Origin: Candidatus Saccharimonadota bacterium
GTDB lineage: Bacteria > Pseudomonadota > Gammaproteobacteria > Burkholderiales > Burkholderiaceae
Assembly: GCF_016593155.1 (NCBI RefSeq)
Contig: NZ_AP023215.1
Coordinates: 390,001-422,000, forward strand
Length of the DNA: 32,000 nucleotides
Direction: 5' to 3'
The number at the start of each line of letters is the position of its first letter. Within the stretch, counting starts at the first letter, position 1. The notes under the pieces were generated by a model. It was not told the DNA's origin and did not search any database. It saw only the letters and a program-made list of their open reading frames with translations. Positions 1 through 13,596 of the stretch are shown in pieces. Made by a program: the position numbers and the translations under genes.

Positions 1-177
1 TTTTAATTATATAATTAAAAATTAATTTAATAATAAAATATTATTACAATTTTTTCTATTAAAGAAATATAATATTATTATAATTTAAAGTATTTTATTT
101 ATATTTATAAAAATATTTTTATTGTATATTTCTAATAAATAATTCATTATAATTCATTCATATAAGTGTATTAATTA

Positions 178-1803
178 ATGGACGTTAAACGTATTATTTT
201 ATGGATTATATTTTTTTTTTCTTTATTAATGATTTTTAATAGTTGGATAAATTTTAATAATAATAAATCTTTTTTTTTTCAAAATATAATAAAAAAAACA
301 ACTTTATTAAATAAATACGATATTAAAAAATCCTCTATTATTCATAATAAAAAACAAAAAATATTTTCAGAAAAAAAATTTATAAAAAAAAATTGTAATG
401 TAAAAAGAAAAATTATTACAATTACTACTGATATTATTAAAGCTGATATTGATACTATAGGTGGAACTTTGAGAAAATTAGAATTATTGAAATATAAGGA
501 CTCAAATAATTCTATAAATAATTTTAAATTATTTAATTGCACATCAAATAATATTTATTTAGCTAAATCTAGTTTATTGAATAAAGAATTACCTAATTCT
601 AATTCAGAATTTATTGCTTTACCAGGAAAACGTACATTAGGTAATGATGATTGTATAAAATTAATTCTTGAATCAAAAAAAAATGATATTAAATTAACAA
701 AAACCTATATTTTTAGACGTGGTGATTATAAAATTGATATAATACATACTATTACTAATTATAGTAATAAATCAGTTATACCATTATTACAAATGGAATT
801 GATTCGTGATGGTAATATTCCAGATGGAGAATCATATTTTTGTCGTACTTTTACTGGTTTAGCTGCATATAATAATATTGATAAATTTAAAAAAATAGCA
901 TTTAAAGATATTGAAGATTCCAAAAGATTATATTTAAATCAATCTCATGATGGCTGGATTGCAATAGTGCAACATTATTTTGTTTCAGCAATTATCCCTC
1001 CTAATGGAATGAAGCGTGAAGTATTTATTAAAAAAATATCTAATAATCTTTATAAAATTAATTCTATATTAGAAATAAATAAAATTTCTCCTAATTCTAA
1101 AGTTAATATTAAATCTTATTTATATTCTGGACCGCAAATATCCGACATGTTATTAAAAACTGATCCTAATTTAGATTTAGTAAAAGATTATGGCTGGTTA
1201 ACTATTTTTTCTAAACTAGTTTTTAAGTTAATGGTATATATTCATACAATTTTTAATAATTGGGGATGGTCTATTATTTTTTTAACTATATTGATAAAAT
1301 TAATATTTTTTCCATTATCAGCGGTAAGTTATAAAAATATGCTTAAAATGAAATTATTATCACCAAAAATACAAGAAATACGTGATCGTCATAAAAAAAA
1401 CATAAAAAAAGCTAATGAGGAAATAGTTTATTTATATAAAAAAGAGAAAATAAATCCTTTTAGTAGTATTTTTCCGGTGATAATTCAAGTTCCTATTTTT
1501 ATTTCTTTATATTCAGTACTATTAAATAGCATTGAAATACGGAATGCTCCATGGTTAGGTTGGATACATGATTTATCCTCTCCGGATAAATTTTATATTT
1601 TACCACTATTTATGATGATTTCTATGATGATACAAAATCACTTTAATTCACAGTCATTAAATCCAATACAAAATATAATCTCAAAATTTGTTCCAATTAT
1701 TTTTTCAATAGTTTTTTTCTTTTTTCCATCTGGTTTAGTGTTATATTGGCTTATTAATAATACCTTAACAATTATCCAGCAATGGATAATAAATAGAAAT
1801 TAA
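178..1803 (+). CDS. yidC: Membrane protein insertase YidC
   Basis: 541-aa track ORF. It has an N-terminal anchor (MDVKRIILWIIFFFSLL), a long periplasmic domain and a C-terminal insertase core (GWSIIFLTILIKLIFFPLS ... PSGLVLYWLINNTLTIIQQ). It is followed by mnmE, as in the conserved yidC-mnmE pair. Confidence 0.95.
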   Translation: MDVKRIILWIIFFFSLLMIFNSWINFNNNKSFFFQNIIKKTTLLNKYDIKKSSIIHNKKQKIFSEKKFIKKNCNVKRKIITITTDIIKADIDTIGGTLRKLELLKYKDSNNSINNFKLFNCTSNNIYLAKSSLLNKELPNSNSEFIALPGKRTLGNDDCIKLILESKKNDIKLTKTYIFRRGDYKIDIIHTITNYSNKSVIPLLQMELIRDGNIPDGESYFCRTFTGLAAYNNIDKFKKIAFKDIEDSKRLYLNQSHDGWIAIVQHYFVSAIIPPNGMKREVFIKKISNNLYKINSILEINKISPNSKVNIKSYLYSGPQISDMLLKTDPNLDLVKDYGWLTIFSKLVFKLMVYIHTIFNNWGWSIIFLTILIKLIFFPLSAVSYKNMLKMKLLSPKIQEIRDRHKKNIKKANEEIVYLYKKEKINPFSSIFPVIIQVPIFISLYSVLLNSIEIRNAPWLGWIHDLSSPDKFYILPLFMMISMMIQNHFNSQSLNPIQNIISKFVPIIFSIVFFFFPSGLVLYWLINNTLTIIQQWIINRN

Positions 1804-1857
1804 TGTAATTTTTATATTAAATTTTATTAAAAAATTTTTAAGAAAATAAAGTATAAA

Positions 1858-3279
1858 ATGTTAATAAAAAATTCCCCAATTATTGGAATCGCCACTCCTC
1901 CCGGAAGAGGAGGGGTGGGTATTATTCGTTTATCTGGAAAAAATCTTTGGTCAATTGTTGAGATAGTTTGTAAAAAAACACAAAAACAATTAAAACCACG
2001 TTATGCTACTTATTCATCTTTTTTTTGTAAAAATAATAATATTCTTGATCAAGGTTTAGTTATTTATTTTAAAGCTCCACATTCTTATACAGGAGAGGAT
2101 GTAATAGAATTACATGGACATGGTGGACCAATTATATTGCGTATGTTATTGTCTTCTTGTTTAGAAATAGGTAAGAGCATTGGTTTAAGATTAGCTATGC
2201 CCGGTGAATTTACTAAAAGAGCTTTTTTGAATAATAAATTAGATTTAACACAAGTAGAAGCAATAATTGATTTAATTAATGCCTCTACAGAAGCTGCAGC
2301 TAAATCAGCAATGATTTCTTTGTCTGGAAGATTTTCTCAATTAATTAATATATTGTTAGAAAAATTAATTAATTTACGTACTTTAATTGAATTTTCTTTT
2401 GATTTTCCAGAAGAGAATCAGGAATTTATTTTAAATAAAACTGATATTTTTAATAAATTAATTCAAATTAAAAAAAAATTATTAAAAATAATACAACAAG
2501 GTAAAAAAGGGGCTTTAATTCGTGATGGACTTAATGTGGTTTTAATTGGACAACCAAATGTTGGAAAATCTTCATTATTTAATGCTTTAGTTGGTTCTGA
2601 TATTGCAATTGTAACTTCTATTGCTGGAACTACACGAGATAAAGTTACCGAAACTATTCAAATTAATGAAATTTTATTAAAAATTATTGATACCGCAGGT
2701 ATTTCTGATGTGAATAATAAAATAAAAAAAAATATTGATGAGGTTGAAAAAATTGGTATTGAACGTACTTGGGTTGAGTTAAAAAATTCTGATATTATTA
2801 TTTATGTACAAGATGCGCGTTATAATGAGCACACTAATTTTGATAAAAAAATAATAAAAAATTTTCCGATTAATATTCCAGTAATTTATGTTTGGAATAA
2901 AATTGATTATTCTGGACATAAAAAAAATATTAATTATAAAAATAAAATAGCTAATATTTATTTATCGGCAAGTAAAGGTGTTGGAATTGATTTATTACGT
3001 AATACTTTATTGAATATAATTGAAAAATTTTATCAAACAATTGAGTCATCTCCTTATTTAGCACGTGAACGTCATATACGCACTCTTAGTGAGGCTAATT
3101 ATTATTTATCTTGTGCAATAAAAATTACGAATCAATCAGAAAAAAATTTTGAAAAAAATTTAGAGTTAATTGCTGAGGATTTACGGTTTTGTCATGAAAA
3201 ATTAAGTAGTATTATTGGTAAATCTATAACAAATGATTTATTAGATAATATATTTTCACAATTTTGTATTGGAAAATAA
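1858..3279 (+). CDS. mnmE: tRNA modification GTPase MnmE (TrmE)
   Basis: 473-aa ORF with G-domain motifs GQPNVGKSSLFNAL and DTAG and the diagnostic C-terminal FCIGK. Confidence 0.95.
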   Translation: MLIKNSPIIGIATPPGRGGVGIIRLSGKNLWSIVEIVCKKTQKQLKPRYATYSSFFCKNNNILDQGLVIYFKAPHSYTGEDVIELHGHGGPIILRMLLSSCLEIGKSIGLRLAMPGEFTKRAFLNNKLDLTQVEAIIDLINASTEAAAKSAMISLSGRFSQLINILLEKLINLRTLIEFSFDFPEENQEFILNKTDIFNKLIQIKKKLLKIIQQGKKGALIRDGLNVVLIGQPNVGKSSLFNALVGSDIAIVTSIAGTTRDKVTETIQINEILLKIIDTAGISDVNNKIKKNIDEVEKIGIERTWVELKNSDIIIYVQDARYNEHTNFDKKIIKNFPINIPVIYVWNKIDYSGHKKNINYKNKIANIYLSASKGVGIDLLRNTLLNIIEKFYQTIESSPYLARERHIRTLSEANYYLSCAIKITNQSEKNFEKNLELIAEDLRFCHEKLSSIIGKSITNDLLDNIFSQFCIGK

Positions 3280-3290
3280 TTCTAAAAAGT

Positions 3291-4316
3291 TTATATTTTT
3301 ATTTGATTAATTTTCCATTGTGGTTTTATATTAAATTCATAATTTAATTCTAAATTAGAATTATTTTCTATACGCATTGCTCCGGCAAATGCAATCATTG
3401 CACCATTATCTGTGCAAAATTCTTTTTTAGGATAAAAAACTGTATAGTTATATTTTTTTTTTAATATATTTAATTTTTTTCTTAATTGTTTATTTGCTCC
3501 AACTCCACCAACAACTACTAATTTATTAAATCCTGTATTTTTTAAAGCCGCTATACATTTAGATGTTAAAACATCGATAATAGCGTCTAAGAATCCTCTT
3601 GCAATGTTTGCTTTTTCTTGTTTTAAAAGGTCTAATTTAATATTTTTAATTACATTTAAAACAGAAGTTTTTAGCCCAGAAAAACTAAAATTAAAATCAT
3701 TTGTATATAACATTGGTCTAGGAAATTTATAAATATTAGGATCACCAAACTCAGAAATTAATGAAATTTTTGGACCACCAGGATATCCTAAATCTAACAT
3801 TTTAGCGATTTTATCAAAAGTTTCTCCAGCAGCATCATCTAACGTCTCACCTAATAAAAAATAATTACCCATACTATTAACTTTTATTAATTGTGTGTGT
3901 CCTCCGGAAACAAGAAGCGCAATAAAAGGAAATGTAAGAGAATTATTTGATAAAAAGGGAGATAGTAAATGTCCTTCTAGATGATGAATACCAATTACTG
4001 GTTTATTAATTGATAAAGCTATACTGCAAGCTATCGATGCGCCTACTAATAAAGAACCAGATAACCCCGGTCCTTTAGTATATGCAATAATATCAATTTT
4101 GTTTAATTCTAAATTTGAATTTTTTAGTAATTTCTTTAATAATGGGATTATTGTTTGAATATGAGTGCGAGCAGCTAATTCTGGAACAACTCCTCCATAT
4201 TTTTTATGCACTAAATTTTGAGAGCATATTACGTGACTTCGTAAATTTTTAATATGAGTATCGTATAAAGCTAAACCACTATCATCGCAAGAAGATTCAA
4301 TACCTAATATAATCAT
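3291..4316 (-). CDS. tsaD: tRNA N6-adenosine threonylcarbamoyltransferase TsaD (Gcp/Kae1 family)
   Basis: 341-aa ORF with an ILGIESSCDDSG start, the HHLEGH metal-binding motif and VVGGVGANKQLR. Confidence 0.95.
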   Translation of the reverse strand: MIILGIESSCDDSGLALYDTHIKNLRSHVICSQNLVHKKYGGVVPELAARTHIQTIIPLLKKLLKNSNLELNKIDIIAYTKGPGLSGSLLVGASIACSIALSINKPVIGIHHLEGHLLSPFLSNNSLTFPFIALLVSGGHTQLIKVNSMGNYFLLGETLDDAAGETFDKIAKMLDLGYPGGPKISLISEFGDPNIYKFPRPMLYTNDFNFSFSGLKTSVLNVIKNIKLDLLKQEKANIARGFLDAIIDVLTSKCIAALKNTGFNKLVVVGGVGANKQLRKKLNILKKKYNYTVFYPKKEFCTDNGAMIAFAGAMRIENNSNLELNYEFNIKPQWKINQIKI

Positions 4317-4362
4317 AATATAATTTTTAAAAATTTAATATAGTTAATTTTATATAAGTAAA

Positions 4363-4671
4363 TTAAAATTTAAATGGTAAATTTTCTGTTAATTTAGATA
4401 GTTTTGCTTGTGATTTTATTTCTGCTTTTTTTATGGCATCATTAAAAGCTGTTACTATTAAATCTTCTAATATATCTTTATCTTCATTTAATAATTTTGA
4501 ATCAATAAATATTCGTTTTACATAATTTTTACAAGTTATTAAGACTTTTACCATACCAGCCCCAGATTGTCCTTCTACTTCAATAGAAGATAATTTTTCT
4601 TGAGCTTTTTTCATTTTATTTTGTATAATTTTTGCTTGACTAATAAAATCTGTTATTTTATTTTTTATCAT
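4363..4671 (-). CDS. ybaB: Nucleoid-associated protein YbaB/EbfC
   Basis: 102-aa ORF (…EVEGQSGAGMVKVLITCKNYVKRIFIDSKLL…). It sits directly downstream of dnaX, the conserved dnaX-ybaB arrangement. Confidence 0.9.
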   Translation of the reverse strand: MIKNKITDFISQAKIIQNKMKKAQEKLSSIEVEGQSGAGMVKVLITCKNYVKRIFIDSKLLNEDKDILEDLIVTAFNDAIKKAEIKSQAKLSKLTENLPFKF

Positions 4672-4712
4672 GTTTATATATTAATTTTAAAAAAAATTTT
4701 TATAATAATAGA

Positions 4713-4808
4713 TTAAATATATTTTTTTATTAAAATAATATCAAATTCATTTATTAAATCTTTTAAGAATGAATAAATATTTTCTTCAGAAAAGTTGTTA
4801 GTTTCCAT
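4713..4808 (-). other. 31-codon ORF (METNNFSEENIYSFLKDLINEFDIILIKKYI) with an AAGGAG Shine-Dalgarno; possibly a relic of the DnaX (tau) C-terminal tail
   Basis: It is not in the ORF track because it is too short. ATG is at 4808-4806, and AGGAG at 4822-4818 lies 9 nt upstream. It lies in the 195-bp gap between the dnaX stop and the ybaB start, out of frame with dnaX. It weakly resembles the conserved end of tau as I recall it for E. coli (…NNIQTLRRFFDAELDEESIRPI). The low-complexity A/T-rich composition makes chance similarity likely. Confidence 0.25.
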
Positions 4809-4866
4809 TTATTAAATCTCCTTTTTTATTAATTTATATAGATGGTATTGTTTTTTTACAAAAATT

Positions 4867-6060
4867 TTATGAAATATTTTTAAATTTATTTGATACAGAT
4901 AAAAGAGATTCATTTATCGTATCTTTTGAATTTTTTAAATTATTAAAATCCAAATGATTATACAATGATTGAAAAACTAACATACGTAATAATGTCATAG
5001 TGAATCCAGCATATTCATCTGGCGCTAATTCTAGTTCATTTCTTCCATGTATACTTATTTGATAAAAAAGTTGTATTTGTTCAATATTAAATTTTTTTGA
5101 TAACTGAATAATTTCATTGTAATTTGGTTTATCTTTTATTAATATTTCTGGAGAGATTTGTATTAATGAAATTTGATGCAAAAATAAACTAAGATCTTTT
5201 AAAACAATATTATATGATAAATTATATATTTCTATTTTATTCGCAATAGATAATATCAAATTACCATCCTGCTCTGCTAGTGCATCTAATATTTGTATTA
5301 AATATTTTTGATCGATAATACTCAACATTTCTTGCATAGAATTTAATGTAATTTTTTTAGATGAGTAATTAATAGCTTGATCAGTTAAAGATAATGCATC
5401 TCTCATAGACCCCTGTGCTCCGGTAGCGATTAAATTTAGAGCAGATATCTCGAATTCAATATTTTCTTTTTTGAGAATATAACAAAGATTGTTAACAATA
5501 TCATGATGTAACATTTTTTTTAAATTAAATTGAATACATCTTGATAGCACAGTAATTGGAATTTTTTGAGGTTCAGTTGTTGCTAAAATAAATTTAATAT
5601 ATTTTGGTGGTTCTTCTAATGTTTTTAGCATTGCATTAAAAGCATGATGAGTTAACATATGCACTTCGTCGATTACATATATTTTATATCGAGCATTAAT
5701 TGGTGCATAAATTGTTTGCTCTAATAACTGCGCCATTTCATTAATTCCTCTAGTAGAGGCGGCATCCATTTCTATATAATCTATAAAACATCCATTATCT
5801 ATTTTTACACAAACAGAACATTTTCCACAAGGTTGAGAAGTAATATCTCCATTACCATCTATTCCGATACAGTTTAAACATTTTGCTAAAATTCGCGATA
5901 TTGTTGTTTTTCCAATTCCTCGAGTCCCAGTAAACAAATACGCATGATGTAATCTTTTTTTGTCTAAAGCGTTTATTAAAGATTTTACAATGTGATTTTG
6001 TCCAATTAAAGTATTAAAATTACTAGGTCGGTATTTACGAGCAAGAACCTGATAAGACAT
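4867..6060 (-). CDS. dnaX: DNA polymerase III subunit DnaX, short (gamma-length) form
   Basis: 397-aa ORF with Walker A GTRGIGKTT, zinc module CGKCSVC, Walker B IDEVHML and sensor SRC. Only clamp-loader domains I-III are present. Confidence 0.9.
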   Translation of the reverse strand: MSYQVLARKYRPSNFNTLIGQNHIVKSLINALDKKRLHHAYLFTGTRGIGKTTISRILAKCLNCIGIDGNGDITSQPCGKCSVCVKIDNGCFIDYIEMDAASTRGINEMAQLLEQTIYAPINARYKIYVIDEVHMLTHHAFNAMLKTLEEPPKYIKFILATTEPQKIPITVLSRCIQFNLKKMLHHDIVNNLCYILKKENIEFEISALNLIATGAQGSMRDALSLTDQAINYSSKKITLNSMQEMLSIIDQKYLIQILDALAEQDGNLILSIANKIEIYNLSYNIVLKDLSLFLHQISLIQISPEILIKDKPNYNEIIQLSKKFNIEQIQLFYQISIHGRNELELAPDEYAGFTMTLLRMLVFQSLYNHLDFNNLKNSKDTINESLLSVSNKFKNIS

Positions 6061-6150
6061 ATATATATAAAATTATAGATATTTTAAAAATAAATTTTTA
6101 AAAATTTTGTAAGAGTGTAGTATTTTTTATTAAAGAATAAAAATAATAAA

Positions 6151-7398
6151 TTAATTTTTGTAAATCGGAAATTTATTAGTTATTTTTTTTATTTCTTTTT
6201 TGACGTTTTGAATATTTTCTTGATTAAAAGGGTAATCTAAAATATCAGCGCATAAATTTCCAATTTTAATCATTTCTAATTCCCTAAATCCTCTTGTAGT
6301 TATTGCTGAACTTCCTAATCGAATCCCTGATGTGAAGTATGGTTTTTCTGGGTCATTTGGAATAGAATTTTTATTACAAATTATATTTGCTGACTCAAGA
6401 ATGGATTCAGCTACTTTTCCAGTAATTTTTTTATTTCTTAAGTCCACTAAAATAATATGTGATTTAGTGCCCCCAGAGACAATACGCATTCCGCGTTGAT
6501 CTAGAATTTTAGATAATATTTTTGCATTTTTTACAACTTGTTTTTGATAAATTTTAAAATCAGGCTTTAATACTTCCTTAAATGCTACTGCTTTAGCGGC
6601 AATAATATGCATTAAAGGTCCCCCTTGAATTCCCGGAAATACTGCTGAATTAATAATTTTTTTATATTTTTTTTTCATTAAAATAAAACCTCCGCGGGGG
6701 CCGCGTAAGGATTTGTGTGTAGTTGATGTTGTAAAGTCAGCAAATGGAACAGGATTAGGGTATTCTCCAGCAGCAATTAATCCAGAATAATGCGCCATAT
6801 CCACCATAAAATAAGCGTTAATATTTTTAGCTATATGATAAAAACGCTCAAAGTCAATATACTGTGAGTAAGCTGAAGCGCCTGCAATAATTAATTTTGG
6901 TTTATTTTTTTTAGCTAAATATTCTACATTTTTATAATCAATTTTTTCTTTTTTATTTAAACCATAACAAATAGAATTAAACCATTTACCAGACATATTT
7001 AATATCATACCATGAGTTAAATGTCCACCTTCTTTTAATGACATTCCCATAATCGTATCTCCGGGATTTAAAACGGAAAAAAATACCGCTTGATTAGCTT
7101 GTGATCCTGAATGTGGTTGAACATTAGCGGCTTCAGAATTAAAAATTTTTTTTAAACGGTTTATTGCTATTTTTTCTATTAAATCAATAAATTTACATCC
7201 ACCATAATAACGTTTACCAGGATAACCTTCGGCATATTTATTAGTTAATAATGTACCTTGTGCCTCCATAATAGCTAAAGATGTATAATTTTCAGAGGCA
7301 ATTAATTCAATATGATTATTTTGGCGTTGCTTTTCCTTTAATATAATTTTCCATATATCGGGATCAACTTGAGATAAATTTTTATTTTTTATAAACAT
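6151..7398 (-). CDS. glyA: Serine hydroxymethyltransferase
   Basis: 415-aa ORF with GGHLTHG and the PLP-lysine motif [14 protein letters not shown]. Confidence 0.96.
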   Translation of the reverse strand: MFIKNKNLSQVDPDIWKIILKEKQRQNNHIELIASENYTSLAIMEAQGTLLTNKYAEGYPGKRYYGGCKFIDLIEKIAINRLKKIFNSEAANVQPHSGSQANQAVFFSVLNPGDTIMGMSLKEGGHLTHGMILNMSGKWFNSICYGLNKKEKIDYKNVEYLAKKNKPKLIIAGASAYSQYIDFERFYHIAKNINAYFMVDMAHYSGLIAAGEYPNPVPFADFTTSTTHKSLRGPRGGFILMKKKYKKIINSAVFPGIQGGPLMHIIAAKAVAFKEVLKPDFKIYQKQVVKNAKILSKILDQRGMRIVSGGTKSHIILVDLRNKKITGKVAESILESANIICNKNSIPNDPEKPYFTSGIRLGSSAITTRGFRELEMIKIGNLCADILDYPFNQENIQNVKKEIKKITNKFPIYKN

Positions 7399-7510
7399 TA
7401 TTTTTATTAAATTAATAAATTAATTTATTTTTAATAAATAATTAATCCTAAAATTAAAATTTAATTTTTTATGTAATTTAAGAAATTTTTATTTTTGAAA
7501 ATTATGAAAT

Positions 7511-7540
7511 TTGACAGTTGTTTTAAGACGCACTTATAAT
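7511..7540 (+). promoter_or_regulatory. Sigma-70 type promoter for tRNA-Lys
   Basis: Perfect TTGACA (7511-7516) and perfect TATAAT (7535-7540) separated by an 18-nt spacer. The predicted start is about 15 nt upstream of the tRNA 5' end at 7563. Confidence 0.55.
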
Positions 7541-7562
7541 AGTGACATTAATAATTTTTTTT

Positions 7563-7635
7563 GGGTCGTTAGCTCAGTTGGTAGAGCAGCGGACTTTTAA
7601 TCCGTTGGTCGCAGGTTCGAATCCTGCACGGCCTA
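7563..7635 (+). tRNA. tRNA-Lys (anticodon UUU)
   Basis: Hand-folded cloverleaf. The acceptor is GGGTCGT/ACGGCCT (two G-U pairs), the D arm is AGCTCAGTTGGTAGAGC, and the anticodon stem GCGGA/TCCGT carries loop CTTTTAA. The T arm is GCAGG-TTCGAAT-CCTGC and the discriminator is A. No CCA is encoded. Confidence 0.95.
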
Positions 7636-7705
7636 TTCAAAAATACAAATTATAAAAAATATAAATTAAAAAGTAAACATAAATATCTGTATATAATAAA
7701 TATAT

Positions 7706-7736
7706 AAAAACCCCGTTTTAACGAGGTTTTTATTTT
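7706..7736. terminator. Bidirectional rho-independent terminator between tRNA-Lys (+) and groEL (-)
   Basis: AAAAACCCCG-TTTTAA-CGAGGTTTTT forms a 10-bp stem with one C/A mismatch. It is flanked by an A run on one side and a T run on the other, so either strand reads as hairpin plus U tract. Confidence 0.6.
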
Positions 7737-7783
7737 GTATATTTGGTAATATTTGTGATATTTAGTATAAAATTTATATATTA

Positions 7784-9791
<2,008 letters not shown>

Positions 9792-9810
9792 AAAAAAACT
9801 CCTTAAAATT

Positions 9811-9867
9811 CAATATGTTATGAATAATCAAATCGCAATATGTTATGAATAATCAAATCGCAATGTT
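9811..9867. repeat. 25-bp perfect tandem duplication plus a partial third copy, in the groES 5' leader
   Basis: CAATATGTTATGAATAATCAAATCG occurs at 9811-9835 and identically at 9836-9860. It is followed by CAATGTT, the start of a third copy lacking one base. Confidence 0.9.
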
Positions 9868-9992
9868 TGTGATAAGTAAATATGAAGTTATTATATGTGA
9901 TAATCTAATAAAATAACACTCATATATACGAGTTATCTTTTTTTTATATATTTAAAAAATATCATAAAAATTTTTGTAATGCTCATTTAATA

Positions 9993-10022
9993 ATTATATA
10001 GATATTTAATTAAATTTTCAAG
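9993..10022 (-). promoter_or_regulatory. Candidate groESL promoter
   Basis: On the - strand this reads CTTGAAA (10022-10016), a 17-nt spacer, then TATAAT (9998-9993). CTTGAAA equals the sigma-32 -35 consensus, but the -10 is sigma-70-like and not CCCCATNT. TATAAT-like hexamers are common by chance in this composition. Confidence 0.35.
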
Positions 10023-10321
10023 AGCAAGTAATTTTTTAGTTTATTTTGTTTCTAAGATATTTTTATTTTAAACTAATTAATTAATAATTTTAAATTTTAA
10101 AAATTTTATTTTTAACTTTTAAATACAATTTTTGCGAACAATTATTTAAAAATTATTTAATTTTATTTTTTTAAATTTATCATATCAATTTATTTTAATT
10201 TAAAAAATATTTATTTAATAGGTTAATATATAGTATTAAATATATATGTACTATGTGACGACTAGATGATAAAGTATTTTAAAAATAGTTAATCTAAAAA
10301 AAATTAAAATTTATAATAAAT

Positions 10322-10985
10322 ATGACTTTTAAATTAGAAGTATCTTAGAGATATAACTTACAAAAAGAATTTAAAAAACCGTATTGGAGGAAATTAGAAA
10401 ATTTTGTTCAATACAAATATTCAAATAAAATTTGTTTACCTGAGAGTCAATATATTTTTTGAGCATTTAATACGACAACTTTTTATAATGTTAAAATTAT
10501 TATTCTTGGACAGGAATCCTTATCAATACACCAGGAATCGCTATGAGTTATTGTTTTTCTGTCCCAAATAATAGTAATTATTTACCTCCTAGTTTAAAGA
10601 ATATTTTTAAAAAAATGGAAAATGATCTAGGTATTAAACGCTCTGAAACTAATTTAAAAGATTTAGCGAAACAAGTTTTTACTAGCATATTAACTGTTTG
10701 CGCAGGAAAGCTAGATTTCACGCAAAAAAGGGGTGGGAATTTTTTACTGAAGTGTTATTTAGCGTTTATCAAATAAGCATAAAAATTTATTATTTATTTT
10801 ATGGGGTAATTATGCTATTTCGAAAAGAATATATATCGATCAAAGTAAACTTTATATAATTTCTTCTTCACATCCGTCCCCCTTTTTAGTAAATAAGGAA
10901 TTTTTTTAGTAGTCGTCCTTTTTCGTTGACAAATAAATATTTAATTTCTAAAAATATTAATCCCATAAATTGGATTAATAAATAA
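10322..10985 (+). pseudogene. ung: Uracil-DNA glycosylase pseudogene
   Basis: It is colinear with family-1 UDG over about 221 codons but broken. ATG is at 10322, with in-frame TAG at 10346-48 and TGA at 10460-62. VKIIILGQ (to 10513), NPYQ (10515-26) and PGIAMSYCFSV (10531 onward, the track ORF 10543-10776) sit in three different frames. These correspond to the GQDPYH…GQAxGLxFSV motif. PPSLKNIF is present. After another frameshift come LLFILWGNYA and SSSHPSPL (10871-85), then further stops. The final NPINWINK ends at TAA 10983-85. Confidence 0.85.
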
Positions 10986-11054
10986 TTATATAAATTTAAA
11001 ATAATTACATAAATTTAAATTACATTTATCTTTCATTTATAGAATTTATATTTT

Positions 11055-13574
<2,520 letters not shown>

Positions 13575-13596
13575 TTAATATTTTTTATAAGATTAT

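Noticed and set aside
9913-9938. CIRCE-like inverted repeat ATAACACTC-N8-GAGTTATCT in the groES leader. The HrcA operator consensus is TTAGCACTC-N9-GAGTGCTAA.
   Set aside because: One half matches 7/9 and the other only 5/9, the spacer is 8 rather than 9, and the actual self-complementarity is only ACTC/GAGT. This cannot be distinguished from chance without knowing whether hrcA exists in the genome.
9868-10321. About 450 bp of featureless spacer between the groES leader and the ung relic, examined in six frames for another decayed gene or an ncRNA.
   Set aside because: There are no legible motifs, no G+C island like those marking the tRNAs and rnpB, and no stable stems. It may be a fully eroded gene, but nothing can be supported.
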